Assembly (NCBI GenBank): GCA_964016885.1
Contig: OZ024741.1
Coordinates: 407,836,001-407,900,000 of the forward strand
From: Eledone cirrhosa
Taxonomy: Eukaryota
Direction of reading: 5' to 3'
DNA: 64,000 bases
Below, piece by piece: positions 23,185 to 35,900 of this stretch. The notes under the pieces are model-generated. The model was given only the letters and a program-made list of their open reading frames with translations. It did not search any database and was not told the DNA's origin. Both the position numbers and the translations under genes were made by a program. Numbering within the stretch: position 1 is the first letter of the stretch; the number at the start of each line of letters is the position of its first letter.

Positions 23185-26100
23185 GTTGTTGGTAGTGTTG
23201 GTACTGGTACTGGTAGTGTTGGTGGTAGTGTTTGTACTTGTACTTGTGGTGTTGGTGGTAGTGTTGGTACTGGTACTGTTTGTGTTGGTGGTAGTGTTGG
23301 TACTGGTACTGGTGGTGTTGGTGGTAGTGTTGGTAGTGGTACTGGTGGTGTTGGTGGTAGTATCTGTACTGGTACTGGTGGTGTTGGTGGTAGTGTTGGT
23401 ACTGGTGGTGTTGGTGGTACTGTTGGTACTGGTGGTGTTGGTGTTGGTGGTAGTGTTGATACTGGTGGTTATGGTGGTAGTGTTGGTACTGGTGGTGTTG
23501 GTGGTAGTGTTGGTACTGGTGGTGTTGGTGGTAGTGCTGGCACTGGTGGTGTTGGTGGTAGTGTTGGTACTGGTGGTGTTAGTGGTAGTGTTGGCACTGG
23601 TGGTGTTGGTGGTAGTGTTGGTACTGGTGGTGTTGGTGGTAGTGTTGGTACTGGTGGTGTTGGGGGTAGTGTTGGTACTGGTGGTGTTGGTGGTAGTGTT
23701 GGTACTGGTGGTGTTGGTGGTAGCGTTGGTACTGGTGGTGTTGGTGGTAGTGTTGGTACTGGTAGTGTTGTTGGTAGTGTTGGTACTGGTGGTGTTGGTG
23801 GTAGTGTTGGTACTGGTGGTGTTGGTGGTAGTGTTGGTACTGGTGGTGTTGGTGGTAGTGTTGGTACTGGTAGTGTTGTTGGTAGTGTTGGTACTGGTAG
23901 TGTTGTTGGTAGTGTTGGTATTGGTGGTGTTGGTGGTAGTGTTGGTACTGGTGGTGTTGGTGGTAGTGTTGGTACTGGTGGTGTTGGTGGTAGTGTTGGT
24001 ACTGGTGGTGTTGGTGGTAGCGTTGGTACTGGTGGTGTTGGTGGTAGTGTTGGTACTGGTAGTGTTGTTGGTAGTGTTGGTACTGGTGGTGTTGGTGGTA
24101 GTGTTGGTACTGGTAGTGTTGTTGGTAGTGTTGGTACTGGTAGTGTTGTTGGTAGTGTTGGTATTGGTGGTGTTGGTGGTAGCGTTGGTACTGGTGGTGT
24201 TGGTGGTAGTGTTGGTACTGGTAGTGTTGTTGGTAGTGTTGGTATTGGTGGTGTTGGTGGTAGTGTTGGTACTGGTGGTGTTGGTGGTAGTGTTGGTACT
24301 GGTGGTGTTGGTGGTAGTGTTGGTACTGGTGGTGTTGGTGGTAACGTTGGTACTGGTAGTGTTGTTGGTAGTGTTGGTATTGGTGGTGTTGGTGGTAGCG
24401 TTGGTACTGGTGGTGTTGGTGGTAGTGTTGGTACTGGTAGTGTTGTTGGTAGTGTTGGTATTGGTGGTGTTGGTGGTAGTGTTGGTACTGGTGGTGTTGG
24501 TGGTAGTGTTGGTACTGGTGGTGTTGGTGGTAGTGTTGGTACTGGTGGTGTTGGTGGTAGCGTTGGTACTGGTGGTGTTGGTGGTAGTGTTGGTACTGGT
24601 AGTGTTGTTGGTAGTGTTGGTACTGGTGGTGTTGGTGGTAGTGTTGGTACTGGTGGTGTTGGTGGTAGTGTTGGTACTGGTGGTGTTGGTGGTAGTGTTG
24701 GTAATGGTGGTGATGGTGGTAGTGTTGGTATTGGTGGTGTTGGTGGTAGTGTTGGTATTAGTGGTGTTGGTGGTAGTGTTGGTACTGGTGGTGTTGGTGG
24801 TGGTGTTGGTACTGGTACTGGTGGTGTTGGTGGTAGTGTTGGAACTGGTACTGGTGGTGGTAGTGTTGGTATTGGTGGTGTTGGTGGTAGTGTTGGTACT
24901 GGTGGTGTTGGTGGTAGTGTTGGTACTGGTGGTGTTGGTGGTAGTGTTGGTACTGGTGGTGTTGGTGGTAGTGTTGGTACTGGTGGTGTTGGTGGTAGTG
25001 TTGGTACTGGTGGTGTTGGTGGTAGTGTTGGTACTGGTGGTGTTGGTGGTAGTGTTGGTACTGGTGGTGTTGGTGGTAGTGTTGGTACTGGTGGTGTTGG
25101 TGGTAGTGTTGGTACTGGTGGTGTTGGTGGTAGCGTTGGTACTGGTGGTGTTGGTGGTAGTGTTGGTACTGGTAGTGTTGTTGGTAGTGTTGGTACTGGT
25201 GGTGTTGTTGGTAGTGTTGGTACTGGTGGTGTTGGTGGTAGTGTTGGTACAGGTGGTGTTGGTGGTAGTGTTGGTACTGGTGGTGTTGGTGGTAGTGTTG
25301 GTACTGGTAGTGTTGTTGGTAGTGTTGGTACTGGTAGTGTTGTTGGTAGTGTTGGTATTGGTGGTGTTGGTGGTAGCGTTGGTACTGGTGGTGTTGGTGG
25401 TAGTGTTGGTACTGGTAGTCTTGTTGGTAGTGTTGGTATTGGTGGTGTTGGTGGTAGTGTTGGTACTGGTGGTGTTGGTGGTAGTGTTGGTACTGGTGGT
25501 GTTGGTGGTAGTGTTGGTACTGGTGGTGTTGGTGGTAGCGTTGGTACTGGTGGTGTTGGTGGTAGTGTTGGTACTGGTAGTGTTGTTGGTAGTGTTGGTA
25601 CTGGTGGTGTTGGTGGTAGTGTTGGTACTGGTGGTGTTGGTGGTAGTGTTGGTACTGGTGGTGTTGGTGGTAGTGTTGGTAATGGTGGTGATGGTGGTAG
25701 TGTTGGTATTGGTGGTGTTGGTGGTAGTGTTGGTATTAGTGGTGTTGGTGGTAGCGTTGGTACTGGTGGTGTTGGTGGTAGTGTTGGTACTGGTAGTGTT
25801 GTTGGTAGTGTTGGTACTGGTGGTGTTGGTGGTAGTGTTGGTACTGGTGGTGTTGGTGGTGGTGTTGGTACTGATACTGGTGGTGTTGGTGGTAGTGTTG
25901 GTACTGGTGGTGTTGGTGGTAGTGTTGGAACTGGTACTGGTGGTGGTAGTGTTGGTATTGGTGGTGTTGGTGGTAGTGTTGGTACTGGTGGTGTTGGTGG
26001 TAGTGTTGGTACTGGTGGTGTTGGTGGTAGTGTTGGTACTGGTGGTGTTGGTGGTAGCCTTGGTACTGGTACTGGTGGTGTTGGTTGTAGTGTTGGTACT

Positions 26101-29100
26101 GGTGGTGTTGGTGTTAGTGTTGGCACTGGTGGTGTTGGTGGTAGTTTTGGTACTGGTGTTGTTGGTGGTAGTCTTGGCACTGGTGATGTTGGTGGTAGTG
26201 TTGGTACAGGTGATGTTGGTGGTAGTGTTGGTATTGGTGGTGTTGGTGGTAGTGTTGGTACTGGTGGTGTTGGTGGTAGTGTTGGTACTGGTACTGGTGG
26301 TGTCGGTGTTAGTGTTGGTAAAAGTGGTGTTGGTGGTAGTGTTGGTATTGGTGGTGCCGGCGGTAGTGTTGGTATTGGTGGTGTTTGTGGTAGTGTTGGT
26401 ACTGGTGGTGTTGGTGGTACTGTTGGTACAATTGGTGTTGGTGGTAGTGTTGGTACTGGTGGTGTTGGTGGTAGTGTTGGTACAGGTGGTGTTGGTGGTA
26501 GTGTTGGTATTGGTGGTGTTGGTGGTAGTGTTGGTACTGGTGGTGTTGGTGGTAGTGTTGGAACTGGTACTGGTGGTGTTGGCGGTAGTGTTGGTACTGG
26601 TGGTGTTGGTGGTAGTGTTGGTACTGGTACTGGGGGTGTTCGTGGTAGTGTTGGTACAAGTGGTGTTGGTGGTAGTGTTGGTATTGGTGGTGCCGGCGGT
26701 AGTGTTGGTATTGGTGGTGTTTGTGGTAGTGTTGGTACTGGTGGTGTTGGTGGTAGTGTTGGTACTGGTAGTGTTGGTGGTACTGTTGGTACTGGTACTG
26801 GTGGTGTTGGTGGTACTGTTGGTACAATTGGTGTTGGTGGTAGTGTTGGTACTGGTGGTGTTGGTGGTAGTGTTGGTACAGGTGGTGTTGGTGGTAGTGT
26901 TGGTATTAGTGGTGTTGGTGGTAGTGTTGGTACTGGTGGTGTTGGTGGTAGTGTTGGTTCTGGTGGTGTTGGTGGTAGTGTTGGTACTGGTGGTGTTGGT
27001 GGTAGTGTTGTTACTCGTACTGGTGGTGTTGGTGGTAGTGTTGGTACTGGTGGTGTTGGTGGTAGTGTTGCTACTGGTACTGGTGGTGTTGGTGGTAGTG
27101 TTGGTACTGGTACTGGTAGTGTTGGTGGTTGTGTTGGTACTGGTGGTGTTGGTGGTAGTGTTGGTACTGGTAGTGTTGGTGGTAGTGTTGGTATTGGTGG
27201 TGTTGGTGGTAGTGATGTTACAGTTGGTGTTGGTGGTAGTGTTGGTACTGGTACTGGTGGTGTTGGTGGTAGTGTTGGTACAGGTGGTAGTGTTGGTATT
27301 GGTGGTGTTGGTGGTAGTTTTGGTACAGGTGGTGTTGGTGGTAGTGTTGGTATTGGTGGTGTTGGTGGTAGTCTTGGTACTGATGGTGGAGGTGGTAGTG
27401 TTGGTATTGGTGGTGTTGGTGGTAGTGTTGGTACTGGTGGTGTTGGTGGTAGTGTTGGTACTGGTGGTGTTGGTGGTAGTGTTGGTATTGGTGGTGTTGG
27501 TGGTAGTTTTGGTACAGGTGGTGTTGGTGGTAGTGTTGGTATTGGTGGTGTTGGTGGTAGTGTTGGTACTGGTGGTGTTGGTGGTAGTGTTGGTACTGGT
27601 GGTGTTGGTGGTAGTGTTGGTATTGGTGGTGTTGGTGGTAGTGTTGGTACTGGTGGTGTTGGTGGTAGTGTCGGTACTGGTGGTGTTGGTGGTAATGTTG
27701 GTATTGGTGGTGTTGGTGGTAGTGTTGGTACAGTTGGTGTTGGTATTGGTGGTGTTGGTGGTAGTGTTGGTACTGGTGGTTTGGTGGTAATATAGGTACA
27801 GGTGGTGTTGGTGGTAGTGTTGTTACTGGTGGTGGTGGTGGTAGTGTTGGTACTGGTGGTGTTGGTGGTAGTGTTGGTACTGGTGGTGTTGGTGGTGGTG
27901 TTGGTAGTAGTTTTGGTACTGGTTGTGTTGGTGTTGGTGGTGTTTGTGGTAGTGTAGGTACTGGTGGTGTTGGTGCTGGTGGTAGTGTTGGTACTGGTGG
28001 TTTTGTTGGTATTCTTGGTACTGGTGGTGTTGGTGTTGGTGGTAGTGTTGGTACTGGTGGTGTTGGTTGTAGCTGGTACTGGTGGTGTCGGTGGTAGTGT
28101 TGGTACTGGTGGTGATGGTGGTAGCTTTGGTACTGGTGGCGTTGGTTATAGTGTTGGTACTGGTTGTGTTGGTGGTAGTGTTTGTAGTGGTAGTGTTGGT
28201 ACTGGTACTGGTAGTGTTGGTACTGGTGGTGTTGGTACTGGTGGTGTTGGTGGTAGTGTTGGTACTGGTGGTGTTGGTGGTAATGTTGTTACTGGTGGTG
28301 TTGGTGCTAGTGGTAGTGTTGTTACTGGTGGTGTTGGTGGTATTGTTAGTACAAGTGGTGTTGGTGGAAGTTGGTACTGGTGGTGATGGTGGTAGTGTTG
28401 GTACTGGTGGTGTTGGTGTTGGTGGTATTGTTGGTACTGGTGCTGTTGGTACTGGTGGTATTGGAGTTGGTGGTAGTGTTGTTACTGGTGGTGTTGGTGG
28501 TAATGGTAGCACAAGTGGTGTTGGTGGTAGTGTTGGTACCGGTGGTGTTGGTGGAAGAGGGTACTGGTGGTGTTGGTGGTAGTGTTGGTACTGGTGGTGT
28601 TGCTGTTAGTGCTGGTACTGGTGGTGTTGGTTGTAGTGTTTATACTGGTGGTGTTGGTTGTAGTGTTTATACTGGTGGTTTTGGTGGTAGTGTTGGTACT
28701 GGTGGTGTTGGAGGTAGTGTTGGTACTGGTAGTGTTGGTTGTAGTGTTGGTACTGGTGGTGTTGGTGGTAGTATTGTTACTGGTGGTGTTGGTGCTAGTT
28801 TTGGTTCTGGTGGTGTTGGTAGTAGTGTTGGTACTGGTGGTGTATGTGGAAGATGGTACTGGTGGTGTTGGTGGTAGTGTTGGTACTGGTAGTGTTGGTG
28901 GTAGTTGGTATTGGTGGTGTTGGTGTTGGTGGTAGTGTTGGTACTGGTGGTGTTGGTGGTAGTGTTTATACTGGTGGTGTTGGTGGTAGTGTTGGTACTG
29001 GTGTGTTGGTGTTAGTGTTGGTACTGGTGGTGTTGGTGGTAGTGTTTATACTGGTAGTGTTGGCGGTAGTGATGGTACTGGTGGTTTTGGTGGTAGTGTT

Positions 29101-32100
29101 GGTACTGGTGGTGTTGGTGGTAGTGTTGTTACTGGTGGTGTTGGTGGTAGTGTTGGTACCGGTGGTGTTGTTGGTAGAGTTGGTACTGGTGGTGTTGGTG
29201 GTAGTGTTGGTATTGGCGGTGTTGGTGGTAGTGTTGGTACTGGTGGTGTTGGTGGTATTGTTGGTACTGGTGGTGTTGGTGGTAGTGTCGGTACTGGTGG
29301 TGTTGGTTGTAGTGTTGGTACTGATGGTTTTGGTGGTAGTGTTGGTATTGTTGGTGTTGGTGGTAGTGATGTTAATGGTGGTGTTGCTGGTTGTGTTGTT
29401 GCTGGTGGCGTTGGTGGTAGTGTTGGTGGTAGTGTTGATACTGGTGGTGTTGGTGTTGGTGGTAGTGTTGGTATTGGTGGTGTTGGTGGTAGTTGGTACT
29501 GGTGGTGTTGGTGGTAGTGTTGGTATTGGTGGTGTTGGTGGTAGTGTTGGTACTGGTGGTGTTGGTGGTGGTGTTGGTGGTAGTGTTGGTACTGTTACTG
29601 GTGGTGTTGGAGGTAGTGTTGTTACTGGTGGTGATGGTGGTAGTGTTGGTACAGGTGGTGATGCTGGTAGTGTTGGTACTGGTGGTGTTGGTGGTAGTGT
29701 TGGTACTGGTGGTGTTGGTGGTAGTGTTGGTATTGGTGGTGGTGGTGGTGGTAGTGTTGGTACTGGTGGTGTTGGTGCTGGTGGTAGTGTTGGTACTGGT
29801 GGTTTTGTTGGTATTCTTGGTACTGGTGGTGTTGGTGTTGGTGGTAGTGTTGGTACTGGTGGTGTTGGTTGTAGCTGGTACTGGTGGTGTCGGTGGTAGT
29901 GTTGGTACTGGTGGTGATGGTGGTAGCGTTGGTACTGGTGGCTTTGGTTATAGTGTTGGTACTGGTTGTATTGGTGGTACTGTTTGTAGTGGTAGTGTTG
30001 GTACTGGTACTGGTAGTGTTGGTACTGGTGGTGTTGGTGGTAGTGTTGGTACTGGTGGTGTTGGTGGTAGTGTTGGTACTGGTGGTGTTGGTGGTAATGT
30101 TGTTACTGGTGGTGTTGGTGGTAGTGTTGGTACTGGTGGTGGTGGTGGTGGTAGTGTTGGTACTGGTGGTGTTGGTGGTAGTGTTGGTACTGGTGGTGTT
30201 GGTGGTAGTGTTGGTACTGGTAGTGTTGGTGGTAGAGTTGGTACTGGTGGTGTTGTTGGTAGTGTTGGTACTGGTGGTGTTGGTGGTAGTGTTGGTACTG
30301 GTGGTGCTGGTGTTGGTGGTAGTGTTGGTACTGGTGGTGTTGGTGGTACTGTTGGTACTGGTGGTGTTGGTGGTAGTGTTGGTACTGGTGGTGTTGGTGG
30401 TAGTGTTGTTACTGGTTGTGTTGGTGGTACTGTTGGTACTGGTGGTGTTGGTGGTAGTGTTGGTACTGGTGGTGTTGGTGGTAGTGTTGATACTGGTAGT
30501 GTTGGTGGTAGTGTTGGTACTGGTAGTGTTGGTGGTAGTGTCGGTACTGGTGGTGTTGGTGGTAGCGTTGGTAGTGGTGGTGTTGGTGGTAGTGTTAGTA
30601 CAAGTGGTGTTGATGGTAGTGTTGGTACTGGTGGTGCTGGTGGTAGTGTTGTTACTGGTGGTGTTGGTGGTAGTGTTAGTACAAGTGGTGTTGGTGGAAG
30701 TTGGTACTGGTGGTGTTGGTGGTAGTGTTGGTACTGGTGGTGTTAGTGGTAGTTGGTACTGGTGGTGTTGGTGGTGGTGTTGGTACTGGTGGTGTTGGTG
30801 GTAGTTTGTACTAGTGGTGTTTGTGGCAGTGTTGTTACTGGTGGTGATGGTTGAAGTGTTGGTATTGGTGGTGTTGGTGGTAGTGTTGGTACTGGTGGTG
30901 TTGGTGCTAGTGGTAGTGTTGTTACTGGTGGTGTTGGTGGTATTGTTAGTACAAGTGGTGTTGGTGGAAGTTGGTACTGGTGGTGTTGGTGGTAGTTGGT
31001 ATTGGTGGTGATGGTGGTAGTGTTGGTACTGGTGGTGTTGGTGGTAGTGTTGTTACTGGTACTGGTGTGTTTGGTGGTAGTGTTGGTACTGGTGGTGTTG
31101 GTGTTGGTGGTATTGTTGGTACTGGTGCTGTTGGTACTGGTGGTATTGGAGTTGGTGGTAGTGTTGTTACTGGTGGTGTTGGTGGTAATGGTAGTACAAG
31201 TGGTGTTGGTGGTAGTGTTGGTACCGGTGGTGTTGGTGGAAGAGGGTACTGGTGGTGTTGGTGGTAGTGTTGGTACTGGTGGTGTTGGTGGTAGTGTTGT
31301 TACAGGTGGTGTTGGTGGTAGTGTTGTTACTGGTGGTGTTGGTTGTAGTGTTTATACTGGTGGTTTTGGTGGTAGTGTTGGTACTGGTGGTGTTGGAGGT
31401 AGTGTTGGTACTGGTAGTGTTGGTTGTAGTGTTGGTACTGGTGGTGTTGGTGGTAGTATTGTTACTGGTGGTGTTGGTGCTAGTTTTGGTTCTGGTGGTG
31501 TTGGTAGTAGTGTTGGTACTGGTGGTGTATGTGGAAGATGGTACTGGTGGTGTTGGTGGTAGTGTTGGTACTGGTAGTGTTGGTGGTAGTTGGTATTGGT
31601 GGTGTTGGTGTTGGTGGTAGTGTTGGTACTGGTGGTGTTGGTGGTAGTGTTTATACTGGTGGTGTTGGTGGTAGTGTTGGTACTGGTGTGTTGGTGTTAG
31701 TGTTGGTACTGGTTGTGTTGGTGGTAGTGTTTATACTGGTAGTGTTGGCGGTAGTGATGGTACTGGTGGTTTTGGTGGTAGTGTTGGTACTGGTGGTGTT
31801 GGTGGTAGTGTTGTTACTGGTGGTGTTGGTGGTAGTGTTGGTACTGGTGGTGTTGTTGGTAGAGTTGGTACTGGTGGTGTTGGTGGTAGTGTGGGTATTG
31901 GCGGTGTTGGTGGTAGTGTTGGTACTGGTGGTGTTGGTGGTATTGTTGGTACTGGTGGTGTTGGTGGTAGTGTCGGTACTGGTGGTGTTGGTGGTAGTGT
32001 TGGTACTGGTAGTGTTGGTGGTAGTGTTGGTACTGGTGGTGTTGGTGGTAGTGTTGTTACTGGTGGTGTTGGTGGTAGTGTTGGTACTGGTGGTGTTGGG

Positions 32101-32937
32101 GGGTAGTGTTGGTAAAGGTGGTGTTGGTGGTAGTGTTGGTACTGGTAGTGTTGGTGGTAGTGTTGGTACAGGTGGTATTGGGGGTAGTGTTGGTACTGGT
32201 GGTGTTGGTGGTAGTGTTGGTACTGGTGGTGTTGGTGGTAATGTTGTTACTGGTGGTGTTGGTGGTAGTGTTGTTACTCGTGGTGTCGGTGGTAGTGTTG
32301 GTACTGGTGGTGGTGTTGGTGGTAGTGTTGGTACTGGTGGTGTTGGTGGTAGTGTTGGTACTGGTTGTGTTGGTGGTAGTGTTGGTACTGGTAGTGTTGG
32401 TGGTAGAGTTGGTACTGGTGGTGTTGTTGGTAGTGTTGGTACTGGTGGTGTTGGTGGTAGTGTTGGTACTGGCGGTGTTGGTGTTGGTGGTAGTGTTGGT
32501 ACTGGTGGTGTTGGTGGTACTGTTGGTACTGGTGGTGTTGGTGGTAGTGTTGGTACTGGTGGTGTTGGTGGTAGAGTTGTTACTGGTTGTGTTGGTGGTA
32601 CTGTTGGTACTGGTGGTGTTGGTGGTAGTGTTGGTACTGGTGGTGTTGGTGGTAGTGTTGGTACTGGTAGTGTTGGTGGTAGTGTTGGTACTGGTAGTGT
32701 TGGTGGTAGTGTCGGTACGGGTGGTGTTGGTGGTAGCGTTGGTACTGGTGGTGTTGGTGGTAGTGTTAGTACAAGTGGTGTTGATGGTAGTGTTGGTACT
32801 GGTGGTGCTGGTGGTAGTGTTGTTACTGGTGGTGTTGGTGGTAGTGTTACTACAAGTGGTGTTGGTGGAAGTTGGTACTGGTGGTGTTGGTGGTAGTGTT
32901 GGTACTGGTGGTGTTAGTGGTAGTTGGTACTGGTGGT
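23185..32937. repeat. Large higher-order block A, copy 2 (about 9.75 kb)
   Basis: It matches 1700-11345 apart from a 54-bp loss (ORF 921 aa vs 903 aa), 160 extra bp near 30560-30720 and scattered substitutions such as AGCGTT 6691 vs AGCTTT 28123. Confidence 0.92.
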
Positions 32938-35900
32938 GTTGGTGGTAGTGTTGGTACTGGTGGTGTTGGTGCTAGTGGTAGTGTTGTTACTGGTGGTGTT
33001 GGTGGTATTGTTAGTACAAGTGGTGTTGGTGGAAGTTGGTACTGGTGGTGGTGTTTGTAGTGTTGGTACTGGTGGTGTTGGTGGTAGTGTTTATACTGGT
33101 GGTGTTGGTGGTAGTGTTTATACTGGTGGTGGTGGTGTTTGTGGTAGTGTTGGTACTGGTGGTGTTGGTGGTAGTGTTGGTACTGGTGGTGTTGGTGGTA
33201 GTGTTGGTACTGATGGTGTTGGTACTGGTGGTAGTATTGGTACTGGTGGTGTTGGTGGTATTCTTGGTACTGGTAGTGTTGGTGGTGGTGTTGGTGGTAG
33301 TGTTGGTATTTGTGGTGTTGGTGGTAGTGTTGGTACTGGTGGTGTTGGTGGTATTGTTGGTACTGGTGGTATTGGTGGTAGTGTTGGTACTGGTGGTGTT
33401 GGTGGTAGTGTTGGTACTGGTGGTGTTGGTGGTAGTGTTGGTACTGGTAGTGTTGGTGGTAGTGTTAGTACTGGTGGTGTTGGTGGTATTCTTGGTACTG
33501 GTAGTGTTGGTACTGGTGGTGTTGGTGGTAGTGTTGGTACTGGTGGTGTTGGTGGTAATGTTGTTACTGGTGGTGTTGGTGGTAGTGTTGTTACTCGTGG
33601 TGTCGGTGGTAGTGTTGGTACTGGTGGTGGTGTTGGTGATAGTGTTGGTACTGGTGGTGTTGGTGGTAGTGTTGGTACTGGTTGTGTTGGTGGTAGTGTT
33701 GGTACTGGTAGTGTTGGTGGTAGAGTTGGTACTGGTGGTGTTGTTGGTAGTGTTGGTACTGGTGGTGTTGGTGGTAGTGTTGGTACTGGTGGTGTTGGTG
33801 TTGGTGGTAGTGTTGGTACTGGTGGTGTTGGTGGTACTGTTGGTACTGGTGGTGTTGGTGGTAGTGTTGGTACTGGTGGTGTTGGTGGTAGTGTTGTTAC
33901 TGGTTGTGTTGGTGGTACTGTTGGTACTGGTGGTGTTGGTGGTAGTGTTGGTACTGGTGGTGTTGGTGGTAGTGTTGGTACTGGTAGTGTTGGTGGTAGT
34001 GTTGGTACTGGTAGTGTTGGTGGTAGTGTCGGTACGGGTGGTGTTGGTGGTAGCGTTGGTACTGGTGGTGTTGGTGGTAGTGTTAGTACAAGTGGTGTTG
34101 ATGGTAGTGTTGGTACTGGTGGTGCTGGTGGTAGTGTTGTTACTGGTGGTGTTGGTGGTAGTGTTACTACAAGTGGTGTTGGTGGAAGTTGGTACTGGTG
34201 GTGTTGGTGGTAGTGTTGGTACTGGTGGTGTTAGTGGTAGTTGGTACTGGTGGTGTTGGTGGTAGTGTTGGTACTGGTGGTGTTGGTGGTAGTTGGTACT
34301 GGTGGTGTTTGTGGCAGTGTTGTTACTGGTGGTGATGGTTGAAGTGTTGGTATTGGTGGTGTTGGTGGTAGTGTTTGTACTGATGGTGTTGGTGGTAGTG
34401 TTTGTACTGATGGTGTTGGTGGTAGTGTTGGTACTGGTGGTGTTGGTGGTAGTGTTGGTACTGGTGGTGTTGGTGCTAGTGGTAGTGTTGTTACTGGTGG
34501 TGTTGGTGGTATTGTTAGTACAAGTGGTGTTGGTGGAAGTTGGTACTGGTGGTGGTGTTTGTAGTGTTGGTACTGGTGGTGTTGGTGGTAGTGTTTATAC
34601 TGGTGGTGTTGGTGGTAGTGTTTATACTGGTGGTGTTGGTGTTTGTGGTAGTGTTGGTACTGGTGTTGTTGGTGGTAGTGTTGGTACTGGTGGTGTTGGT
34701 GGTAGTGTTGGTACTGATGGTGTTGGTACTGGTGGTAGTATTGGTACTGGTGGTGTTGGTGGTATTCTTGGTACTGGTAGTGTTGGTGGTGGTGTTGGTG
34801 GTAGTGTTGGTATTTGTGGTGTTGGTGGTAGTGTTGGTACTGGTGGTGTTGGTGGTATTGTTGGTACTGGTGGTGTTGGTGGTAGTGTTGGTACTGGTGG
34901 TGTTGGTGGTAGTGTTGGTACTGGTGGTGTTGGTGGTAGTGTTGGTACTGGTAGTGTTGGTGGTAGTGTTAGTACTGGTGGTGTTGGTGGTATTCTTGGT
35001 ACTGGTAGTGTTGGTACTGGTGGTGTTGGTGGTAGTGTTGGTATTGGTGGTGTTGGTGGTAGTGTTGGTACTGGTGGTGTTGGTGGTAGTGTTGGTACTG
35101 GTGGTGTTGGTGGTAGTGTTGGTACTGGTGGTGTTGGTGGTAGTGTTGGTACTGGTAGTGTTGGTGGTAGTGTTGGTACTGGTGGTGTTGGTGGTAGTGT
35201 TGTTACTGGTGGTGTTGGTGGTAGAGTTTGTATTGGTGGTGTTGGTAGTAGTGTTGGTACTGGTGGTGTTGGTGGTAGTGTTGGCACAGGTACTGGTGGT
35301 GTTGGTGGTAGTGTTAGTACTGGTGGTGTTGGTGGTAGCGTTGGTACTGGTAGTGTTGGTGGTAGAGTTGGTACTGGTGGTGTTGTTGGTAGTGTTGGTA
35401 CTGGTGGTGTTGGTGGTAGTGTTGGTACTGGCGGTGTTGGTGTTGGTGGTAGTGTTGGTACTGGTGGTGTTGGTGGTACTGTTGGTACTGGTGGTGTTGG
35501 TGGTAGTGTTGGTACTGGTGGTGTTGGTGGTAGTGTTGTTACTGGTTGTGTTGGTGGTACTGTTGGTACTGGTGGTGTTGGTGGTAGTGTTGGTACTGGT
35601 GGTGTTGGTGGTAGTGTTGGTACTGGTAGTGTTGGTGGTAGTGTTGGTACTGGTAGTGTTGGTGGTAGTGTCGGTACGGGTGGTGTTGGTGGTAATGTTG
35701 GTACTGGTGGTGTTGGTGGTAGTGTTAGTACAAGTGGTGTTGATGGTAGTGTTGGTACTGGTGGTGCTGGTGGTAGTGTTGTTACTGGTGGTGTTGGTGG
35801 TAGTGTTACTACAAGTGGTGTTGGTGGAAGTTGGTACTGGTGGTGTTGGTGGTAGTGTTGGTACTGGTGGTGTTAGTGGTAGTTGGTACTGGTGGTGTTG

